Below the pieces are notes generated by a model that was given only the letters and a program-made list of their open reading frames with translations, had not been told where the DNA came from and did not search any database. 64,000 bases of DNA from Methanobacteriota archaeon. Its GTDB lineage: Archaea; Halobacteriota; Bog-38; Methanoflorentales; Methanoflorentaceae. Shown piece by piece: positions 55,620-63,719 of the stretch (position 1 is the first letter of the stretch; each line of letters opens with the position of its first letter). Made by a program: the position numbers and the translations under genes. The DNA lies in contig OY970393.1 of NCBI GenBank assembly GCA_963720465.1, positions 768,001 to 832,000 on the forward strand. Direction: 5' to 3'.

Positions 55620-56107
55620 GTTGCAGAGCAACATCCACAAAAACAAGAATTGAAACCGAGCGAGATAAAAAACATAAGGGTGGTTCGACAGCTGTGACGG
55701 AAGCAATAGATTGGTTTAAGGTTAGGATGTGGGAGCTAAAGAAGCTGCTTCGTGGTTCCGAATACAATACCGTGCACGACGAGTTTGGGGGCGAAGTTAT
55801 CGCTGACCTCACCGAATGGCTTAAGATGAAAGGAGCAGCGAAGTTCCATAATAACCTCAATCCCGTGGTTGCTATCACAAAGAACGACGATGTGATATTC
55901 CTCCAAGACTTCGAAGAAGCTCCTACAGACCGGAGCAAAGCGATTATTCACCTTGACGGGCTCTATGCGTTTATAAAAGAAAAGGCGTCCGAAGATAGCT
56001 AAATCCACAGTTGTGACGTTGCAAAGCAGCATCCACTGAAACTTCTATTGAAACTGCACTTAGATACAATAACGGCTGGAAAAATAAGTTGCACAGCAAT
56101 ATCCACT
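55620..56107 (+). CRISPR. degenerate mini-array B: repeat (55620-55656), 361-bp insert, repeat (56018-56054), 33-nt spacer, truncated repeat (56088-56107)
   Basis: GTTGCAGAGCAACATCCACAAAAACAAGAATTGAAAC; GTTGCAAAGCAGCATCCACTGAAACTTCTATTGAAAC; GTTGCACAGCAATATCCACT. Confidence 0.85.
55694..56002 (+). CDS. hypothetical acidic protein (102 aa) inside CRISPR insert B
   Basis: The ORF fills the insert; AGGGTGG SD-like sequence before the GTG; the frame is also open back to the repeat. Confidence 0.7.
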   Translation: MTEAIDWFKVRMWELKKLLRGSEYNTVHDEFGGEVIADLTEWLKMKGAAKFHNNLNPVVAITKNDDVIFLQDFEEAPTDRSKAIIHLDGLYAFIKEKASEDS

Positions 56108-56456
56108 TTTTCATATTCGTGCCCCTCGTGAAATGCAGATTGCCTGAAGACCCCTATTTGACGTGAAATGCCGCTGACATCATCACGCTTTTGTAGCGGC
56201 TTAAAAAATCAAAGGAAATCGAAAAAAGAAAGACCTATTGAGCTCTGAGAGGCAAAAGGGTATATCTGCTGGGCGCTGTGGAATTGTCAAGAGGAACGTG
56301 CCGTGCTATCCTTCGATGACCTCTGCCGACGTTGCCGACTCATTAACGACCAGCCAGCAGCTTTGTAGCACATCATCGGGCGTAAGTGAACGCCCCCGAG
56401 TTTTCCGCTACGAAAGTTTATCGGTGAGCAATGTAAAACTGATATGAGGATATAAC

Positions 56457-56768
56457 ATGCGTTTTATGGTTAAATGTACAATACCCGGTGAAATCGCCAA
56501 CCCGCTGATAAAGAGTGGAACATTATTCAAACAACTAATGAAGTATGTCGACGACGTGAAGCCAGAGCAGGTGTACTTTACGCCCTCTGACGGGCAGCGG
56601 ACAATCTATTTCGTGTTGGATATGCCGAGCATTGACAAAATGGCCTTAGTTACCGAGCCGCCGTGGCTCGATTGGGAGGCTGATGTTTCTATGACGCCTG
56701 TGATGACGCTTGCCGACTTGGAAAAGTCGGGACAGGATATGGAGAAAATAGTTCGAGACAGGAGATAG
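56457..56768 (+). CDS. DUF3303/GYD-like small alpha-beta protein
   Basis: MRFMV..P, KPEQVYFT..DGQRT, EP..L, TPVMT..DL. Confidence 0.75.
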   Translation: MRFMVKCTIPGEIANPLIKSGTLFKQLMKYVDDVKPEQVYFTPSDGQRTIYFVLDMPSIDKMALVTEPPWLDWEADVSMTPVMTLADLEKSGQDMEKIVRDRR

Positions 56769-56822
56769 CTCCGGATCAAAATAGAGATAATGAGTCAGGA
56801 GCTAAGCAAGGGGGCGACGTAT

Positions 56823-57251
56823 ATGATAAAAAAGTTCTTAGTTATCACCGTGCTCGTGATAGTGGCTTCATTATCAATAGCAGGTTGCACATCATCAACT
56901 AACACCAACCAAACGGCAAGCAGTACACCGTCCGCATCAGCAACGCCTAAACCCACACCAACGCCAACGCCGCCGCCGACACACTTGACGGTGCTATTCT
57001 TTTATGAGCCGGACTGTCCCTATTGCCAAGCACTAGAGAGCACTACGAGCTTTCACCAGCTTGAAAACACAAGCAAGGTCACCGTGACACCAATCGAGAG
57101 CTATACGAGCTCGCTGACAGATCAGTATAATGTGACGACAATCCCGACGCTGATCCTGCTGAACAACGGCCACGAAGTCGGACGTTGGGTCGCTCCTACC
57201 GATGCTTCTGCCATCAACGCACGAATAGCCAGCTTGTTCCGCGCAAAATAG
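56823..57251 (+). CDS. thioredoxin-domain lipoprotein
   Basis: SIAGC lipobox, Pro/Thr linker, CPYC active site, IPTL. Confidence 0.88.
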   Translation: MIKKFLVITVLVIVASLSIAGCTSSTNTNQTASSTPSASATPKPTPTPTPPPTHLTVLFFYEPDCPYCQALESTTSFHQLENTSKVTVTPIESYTSSLTDQYNVTTIPTLILLNNGHEVGRWVAPTDASAINARIASLFRAK

Positions 57252-57572
57252 ACGTGGCTTGACAAATAGCACGTTCCAGCGGTATTTCAAGCCACATGCA
57301 TAATCTTCAAAACTAATATCCTCTTGCGTGTTTCAAGCGTAAGGAGTTCGTTGCGCTAGCTTGAACGATTATCTGATGAACTGTTTGGCAACCTCTCAAG
57401 ATCACCAAACTTTTGCTGTGTTCCTTTTTAATGAGTTTGGGGGAAACCAACTTTTGGCCTTTCGACCATTCCGATCATTGTTCGACTGATCTTCATTCGA
57501 TTCCGCAGTCAAGACAATGTGCCGATTTAGTTTTGGTCCAAAAAAAGAGGAAAAAAGGAAGTTTTTTTTGGT

Positions 57573-57977
57573 TTAACCTACGATCTGCGTTATTTCTGTG
57601 ACGATGCCTTTTTCTACGTGTTCAGTCCACAGCATTTCAGGCACGTCAACAGCAAGAAATAGCCAAGTAAGCAAGATAGTTTCGGCTGCTGCCACTGCCA
57701 GGTTCTGGATCAACTTGCCTATTCCTATGTGGATTGAAAAATCATTCGGCTCACCCGTTATGAGGATGCTAAACGCTCTGTCCGCAGTAATGATATCCCG
57801 CAAAATCCCGGCCTTCTGCGCCTGTATTACTATTCCCAAAGGCGCAGTTTTTGACTGTGTTTTGTAGCCTTCAGTCGTAAGTTGCTGAACAATCTGCTGT
57901 GACAATTGATTTAGGTCCTTGTTTTTTCCTTGAAAATGCAGTATCTCTTTCAGATACCATTTTAAAGTCCTCGACAT
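57573..57977 (-). CDS. hypothetical protein
   Basis: IQAQKAGILRDII..IGIGK..AAAE ORF; start uncertain. Confidence 0.7.
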   Translation of the reverse strand: MSRTLKWYLKEILHFQGKNKDLNQLSQQIVQQLTTEGYKTQSKTAPLGIVIQAQKAGILRDIITADRAFSILITGEPNDFSIHIGIGKLIQNLAVAAAETILLTWLFLAVDVPEMLWTEHVEKGIVTEITQIVG

Positions 57978-58216
57978 CAGTTGATTAGCAACTAATTAAT
58001 AGTTTTTCATAATCAGGCCCAGTTCCTTCCATTCTCACAGTAGGAGGGCGTTTAATGGTAGAAACTCTTAGAAGGCCAGACAACGCCATCTTACCCCTCA
58101 TTTTTCAATGTATAATAAATAGACAAGGCAGGGCGCAATTATTCCTTCCTCGTCTTCGAAGATACGCCCGCTTTAACGCAACCCGTTTTGCTGGTCTTCG
58201 CAAGGGCGGATGTCTC

Positions 58217-58789
58217 TCATCTCGCTACAGCCTTCAGAAGCCACGCCATGTTTCTGCCGGCATTCTTTGCCCCTGCGAGGCCTTCATCGTCCTTGTCGAC
58301 GTCACCGATGTCCCTCCCGACACCAATCGCCGGGCGACCCGGAACGATCATATCCGAGCTGAGCAGGAAATGCAGCAGCGTATCGCCGGTATGGATCGCG
58401 CCAGTCCGCCGCTGCGCGACGACGGCGGATCCCACTTTGCGCTTGAAGAGCCCGTCGTTTGCCATAGAAACGAACCCGGCCCGGTCGACCAATGCTTTCA
58501 TCTCTGCAGTCACGTCGGTGAAATAGACCGGAGAGCCTAGAATGATCCCGTCAGCTCGCGCCATCTTTCCGATGCAGTCGTTGACGATATCGTCGTCGAG
58601 CACGCACCGCCGGTCCTTGTTTTCAAAGCATTTCATGCACGCGGTGCACCCCCGAATCCTCCTACCGGCAAGCTGGACCAGTTCGGTCGCAATGCCTTCT
58701 TTTTCGAGTTCCTCGAGCATGCGTCGGATTAGGATGGCGGTGTTGCCGTCCTTTCGTGCGCTTCCGTTGATAGCAATAACTTTTGTCAT
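58217..58789 (-). CDS. iron-sulfur flavoprotein (flavodoxin family)
   Basis: INGSARKDGNT, CTACMKC..C, GSPVYF, KALVDR. Confidence 0.93.
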   Translation of the reverse strand: MTKVIAINGSARKDGNTAILIRRMLEELEKEGIATELVQLAGRRIRGCTACMKCFENKDRRCVLDDDIVNDCIGKMARADGIILGSPVYFTDVTAEMKALVDRAGFVSMANDGLFKRKVGSAVVAQRRTGAIHTGDTLLHFLLSSDMIVPGRPAIGVGRDIGDVDKDDEGLAGAKNAGRNMAWLLKAVAR

Positions 58790-59658
58790 AGCACAACTCC
58801 TAATGATGTGCGTTCCTGGGAGAAAATCTGAAGTTTGCTTTGCTTCCCGCACACGATTTTTCAGAATGAGTAATCTTCATCATCAGTGTCGAATCTGCCA
58901 CAAATGCATATATAATATATACAGTGAAAAACGCAATGAATTCCCTTTTGGTAATCAGGAAGCTACGGAAAAAATGGCAAGAGATACCACTGCCGGTCGA
59001 CGCGGCATCACGATCCCAAGCGGGCTTGGTGTTCCTTGCTTTACTTGCAAGAGATACCGAACAAGAACGCCGGTATGTGACCGAAGATAAAACTCAGCCC
59101 CGCTTATCGCCATCATCAAGAAGCCCGGAGAGTGCATCCGCCCCTTTCTTTGATAAGCGATTTAATGAGAGCTTTGACGTGTTCTTTAGCCCTTGGGCTG
59201 TTTGCGACGAGCTCGTGCAGTGGCCTTCAATTTTCTTTCCTCAATCCTTGACTTCGTCCGGCTCACAGGTCGACTTGCAGGTCTGCTAGTTGGCGCAGGA
59301 CCGAATGCGGGGCGCGATAGTTTTAACAGGCTAGCGGAATAACTCACTTCATAACGATGATGGATTGTCGACGGTGCGAGAAGTATAACGGCTGTAAGCT
59401 GCGCGGTGAGAAGGATTACGTACCTTATTGCAATCTGTACCGACGTCCGCGCCGCATCATGTATACGACATAATGAAAGCTGTCACACAGGTTACCGATG
59501 ACTAGCCTGGAACCGCATTTTTATCCAAGCAAGGATGTTAAGTGTCTAAGTATGAACGCGCTATTATGTGGTTTATTGGTCTCGCGCTGATCATTATAGG
59601 TCTCTTTATCTTCTTATATTAAGAGTGATACTTGCCCACAGGAAGGGGGTACACACAA

Positions 59659-59943
59659 ATGACTGATAGAGAAGAGTTTATCTTGAGCGAACTCGAGCGG
59701 CTCCAGCGTGAGATCGACGTGCTGAAGGAAGTGTACGCGCATTCTTTGAAAGAGAGACTGAAGCGCGAGGAACTGGTCGAGGATGCAATGATGCGTGCTG
59801 TGGTGGAGGAAGTAACAGAGACAAATAGCGAGCAATTAGAGGAGGATATCACGCACTCAAAGGGGGCAGTAGAGAAGATTGAGGAGCTTGAGGTGAAGAT
59901 TGAGGAGCTTGAGGTGAAGATTGAGGAGCTTGAGGAGATATAA
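59659..59943 (+). CDS. acidic coiled-coil protein
   Basis: Glu-rich heptads ending in KIEELEV x3. Confidence 0.65.
   Translation: MTDREEFILSELERLQREIDVLKEVYAHSLKERLKREELVEDAMMRAVVEEVTETNSEQLEEDITHSKGAVEKIEELEVKIEELEVKIEELEEI
59874..59935. repeat. 21-bp tandem repeat x3
   Basis: GAAGATTGAGGAGCTTGAGGT. Confidence 0.95.
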
Positions 59944-60263
59944 ACAACGGCCGGGCCACCTATGACTGAGAGTTAACGCCTCTTTCTTTTTTCCGTGGTT
60001 CCTTTTCCCAGAGTTTGAATGGCGTAGAGCCTTCACGTTATAGAGAGACCGGCGGCTCCTATTCTCTAAAACTTCAGAAAGTTGAGTATGCAGGAGGATC
60101 AATTTGCGTGGGTTTACGGCCGCCATATCTCTGTCCACTGTGCAAAAGCAAATCACATTAACGATTGCCCCAATTCTTCTGAGCGATTTTGAATCTGCGA
60201 ACGCAGTCGAGGAACTTTGCAAGCGGCAGCAACTATAAGGCGGTGCGAGTCCATATATAAGTA

Positions 60264-60836
60264 GTGAAGAAAAACAAAGAAGACAAAGCAACGCTGGCGT
60301 ATCTCGAGAAGTTGGTTGGTCAACAGGGGCTTGAAATGATCAAGCGACTTTCAAAAAACGAGTTGACGGACCAGCAGATAGCAGAAGAAACTGGTTCTGA
60401 ACTGAACATTGTGAGGCGGACGCTATTCACTTTGTACGAACATCGCCTCGCCTTCTATACGCTTCAGCGCGACAAAGAAACTGGATGGATGCTGTATCGA
60501 TGGCGCGTAGACTTTGAGGATATTGAGCGCCGCGTCGCTAATGATGCTCAAAAGCTTATCTCAAAGCTCGAGACGTGGCTTGATGGAGAGCTGAACACGG
60601 CCTATTACACTTGTGACAACAACTGCGGCCGCTACACGTTTGACATGGCGAGTGGCTACACGTGTGGATACGAATTTGTGTGCCCTGTGTGCAAGCAACG
60701 CCTCTACTACGACGACACGTCCCAGATGACCGATACTATGCGAGGAAAAATTAGCGAATTAAAGACCGACGTTCAAGCCATTTTCTATCCGGAGAACTCG
60801 TCGATTTTTGAACTTGTCCAGACAGAAGAGGAATAA
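60264..60836 (+). CDS. tfe: transcription factor E (TFE alpha) homolog
   Basis: LTDQQIAEETG..NIVRRTLFTLYE, RDKETGW..Y.W, zinc ribbon C..RYTF..FVCPVC. Confidence 0.9.
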   Translation: MKKNKEDKATLAYLEKLVGQQGLEMIKRLSKNELTDQQIAEETGSELNIVRRTLFTLYEHRLAFYTLQRDKETGWMLYRWRVDFEDIERRVANDAQKLISKLETWLDGELNTAYYTCDNNCGRYTFDMASGYTCGYEFVCPVCKQRLYYDDTSQMTDTMRGKISELKTDVQAIFYPENSSIFELVQTEEE

Positions 60837-61099
60837 AACGCCCCGTCGCGTCAAGTCAGCTTCGTACCTAGTTTCGTGGTCCGCTGGTTGAACCCCTCAT
60901 GTCCCTGAAATGGAGACCAGTTCCACGCCCGCATTTCAGATTAGGACTGGAATAACCCCCGCAAGCAGTCAGCGATTTGATCAAGCGCGGCGCTGTCAGC
61001 TGTTCATCACGATGAGTGGTTGCTCGTTGAGCGACGCTGTGCAGGATGGAACGTGACAGCGGAGGTACGAATTCAACCATCAGAATCGCGCCGATATGC

Positions 61100-61340
61100 C
61101 TATTGTTTGGCGAAGTACTCGGCCACCGCTCTGAACAGCTCCTTTGGCTCCCACAGCATGTCTGGATAGGTTGTGCCACGTTTTCCGCCGCCATAGCTTT
61201 TGACCAAGCTGATGCTGACTATATCGAGGTCGTATCGGGGATCCTTATCATACGTGTAAATAGGGAAGGCAAAGGTAAACACAAACGCGCCGTCAACGCC
61301 TGCTGCATCAAGTATGCCGAGGGTCTCAATCAGTTCGCGC
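61100..61340 (-). pseudogene. C-terminal fragment of the same family as 45566-45745
   Basis: GVDGAFVFTF..DPRYDLD..TYPDMLWEPKELF; starts exactly at the dispersed site. Confidence 0.6.
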
Positions 61341-61373
61341 AGCGACAAAATAAGCGCAACTGCTCACTTTTTT
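61341..61373 (+). repeat. dispersed site, copy 2
   Basis: AGCGACAAAATAAGCGCAACTGCTCACTTTTTT. Confidence 0.9.
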
Positions 61374-61452
61374 GTATATAAGGGGTTCCTTGCTAGGCTC
61401 GAATCCACCACAAAAGATCAAGGCGTCAGGTGCCCTGTACAAGTAACTCCTT

Positions 61453-61989
61453 CTACAAGGTTGCGGTCGCCGTTCCCATCTGGATGGTATTATCGTACTG
61501 TATGAGCTCGTGTACCTTCACGAAGCCGCCCAATATGCTGCCCTCCGTGTACGTGTACTCCTTATAAACGCTGGGCGCATGCCCCGTCGCGTTGTAGTAG
61601 ATGTGGCTCGTATCGCTCGCGTAATCCGTGCTTGTCAAGCTGTAATTGGTCTTGTTAAATACGTTAAGAAAGTTCGTGGCGTCCAGCGTTGTAGCGAATG
61701 ACATGAACGTGCTGTTTGCTGCGACCGTTATTCCCGCAGACGTCTCTTCGACTGTTCCAAGGATGGTAACGCTCGTGGCGTTGTTCCACGTCACATCCCA
61801 CGACTGAACCGTATATGACGCGTTCCCGTATACTTCCTCCTTCGTAGCATTGACAAGCTTCTCAAGCAGTGCATCGTGCGTCGTGGGAGGGCTTGTCGCC
61901 GGGTTGTTGTTTGTGGTAGTAGTGCAACCGCACACCGAAAGCGAAGCAATCATAACAAGCACCAGAATAACTAACAACTTTTTTACCAT
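61453..61989 (-). CDS. lipoprotein of unknown function
   Basis: MVKKLLVILVLVMIASLSVCGC lipobox; many N-glycosylation sequons. Confidence 0.85.
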   Translation of the reverse strand: MVKKLLVILVLVMIASLSVCGCTTTTNNNPATSPPTTHDALLEKLVNATKEEVYGNASYTVQSWDVTWNNATSVTILGTVEETSAGITVAANSTFMSFATTLDATNFLNVFNKTNYSLTSTDYASDTSHIYYNATGHAPSVYKEYTYTEGSILGGFVKVHELIQYDNTIQMGTATATL

Positions 61990-62080
61990 ATACGCCGCCC
62001 CTTGACGGAAAAATTAATCACGAAGATAACACGGCCGTGACGTGGCTTAAGTGTTGTCGTTTAGCTGTGGAGGAGCGCTT

Positions 62081-62112
62081 AGCGACAAATAAGCGCAACT
62101 GCTCACTTTTTT
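62081..62112 (+). repeat. dispersed site, copy 3
   Basis: AGCGACAAATAAGCGCAACTGCTCACTTTTTT (1-nt shorter than copy 2). Confidence 0.9.
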
Positions 62113-62260
62113 TTATAAACAAAAGGTCTTCTGCATGCGGGCCTGTCTATACACTTCTTGTATTCATTTTGCGACTTTCAGGCTAAAAAAATGAAGACGC
62201 TTGTCAAGAAGTTGGGTAGAGTTATCCTTCATCTAGGTGGAGCATTCGCGTGTAAGAAGG

Positions 62261-62980
62261 ATGTCTTTTAAAGACTTGAACGGAATGAGTGCCCCCCTCG
62301 TCAGAAAGATTGGACTGCTTAAGGACTACTTAAAGGTACGTCCACACCACTCACTTCGAGAAGGCAGCAAAGTCATAGACATCGGGGGGATCTGTGAATA
62401 TTATGATTTGCTACGATCTGCAGTTAGTCCTGGTGAGCTGTACCTACTTAATATCGAACGACATAGTGTCAGAGCGTGTCAATCGATAGTCGCAAATGCG
62501 TTACAACTGCCGTTTTGCGACGAAACCTGGGATGCGGTCATATCGTTCGAGCTGGTCGAACACTTGACAGAGCCGGCAAGCTTGCTTTCGGAGGTCTCTA
62601 GAATCCTCCGAAGTGATGGATTGTTCGTTCTGTCCACCCCAAACTTGGCTGACATATACAGCCGCATTACATTTCTTTTTGGGTACAATCCTTTTAACTA
62701 TGATCCGAGCGCCTACAAATTTGGATCCCTTTCCAAGGTTGAAATTGCAGACCGAGGACACAAAAGCGTGTTAACCTTCAAGGGAATGAAAGGGCTCCTC
62801 GGCCATTATGGGTTCCGCATAGAGAAGTCCTATGGCTACTCTTATATCGAATCGCTGTACCGCAGATTAGATCCCCAAAAGGAAGAAAGGATCGGTTTCA
62901 GTAATCTACGGAGAGTACTTGGGTCAGTATTGCCCGTCTCGTTAAGTGATGGGATACTCTTCATTTGCAAAAAGGTTTGA
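62261..62980 (+). CDS. class I SAM-dependent methyltransferase
   Basis: VIDIGG, LPF..WDAVISFELVEHL, LSTPN. Confidence 0.88.
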   Translation: MSFKDLNGMSAPLVRKIGLLKDYLKVRPHHSLREGSKVIDIGGICEYYDLLRSAVSPGELYLLNIERHSVRACQSIVANALQLPFCDETWDAVISFELVEHLTEPASLLSEVSRILRSDGLFVLSTPNLADIYSRITFLFGYNPFNYDPSAYKFGSLSKVEIADRGHKSVLTFKGMKGLLGHYGFRIEKSYGYSYIESLYRRLDPQKEERIGFSNLRRVLGSVLPVSLSDGILFICKKV

Positions 62981-63329
62981 AAGAAGCTCCCGTTTGTTCA
63001 AAGGCACGCTGACCGCTCCTGCAGCGAATTACGATCAGATCGATGCAACTAGACAGAGCTTGAATCAGCTGCGAGGAACGTTATTTCTAGAATCCAAGGA
63101 CTTTATGGTTCCCAATGGAGGAGCGCATTCGTTACCGGGGGGGGGAGGGGAGAGACATTACCTTCTTAAGGTTAATTAGCCGCACGCCTGGATATCGAGA
63201 GCACGCTTTTGGTCTACGCAGCGTATGCGCTGCACCGATCTGACAGCGCATAGCGCACCGATTCTTTTCTAGTACAGCTCAATCCGCGCCGCTTCTCCAA
63301 AAAAGACGCAGAAACCCTTCTCGTTGCAG

Positions 63330-63530
63330 TTTACGCCGTGTCCTTCGCGCCGAGCTTCTGAAGAGCCTCTTCCACCGTCTAATGCGGCATTTTGCTTTGT
63401 TCACTCAGCAAGGCTTTAATAAGCGGCTGCACGGCTCCTGTATCTCCGATCTGGTCAAGGCATACGATCCGTTTTTAGGGCGATTCGCAGGCAGCGGCGT
63501 GCCTCAAGCGAACGTTCTCAATATGGACGC
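63330..63530 (-). pseudogene. HEAT/PBS-lyase repeat remnant
   Basis: LDQIGDTGAVQPLIKAL..*TVEEALQKLG with stops. Confidence 0.5.
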
Positions 63531-63719
63531 AGGCCTATAAAGTACGGTCAGAAAGCCCAAGAATTTGAGTACAATTCGAAATCGTTTAAAAAAGAGTGAT
63601 CGTTAAAGGAAAAACTGATGGAAAAACAACATCCTCGTCAATTACCAGAGGCCAAAACCCCACAACAACAACAATGCAGTCGATCCATCTCCAAAAACAA
63701 CGCAGATAGATAATCGAGG

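Noticed and set aside
55694-55710. GTGACGGAAGCAATA as a degenerate repeat 37 nt after repeat 1, which would make a normal first spacer
   Set aside because: Only about 10/15 with a gap, no ATCCAC or ATTGAAAC, and the frame is open through it; kept only as a weak alternative.
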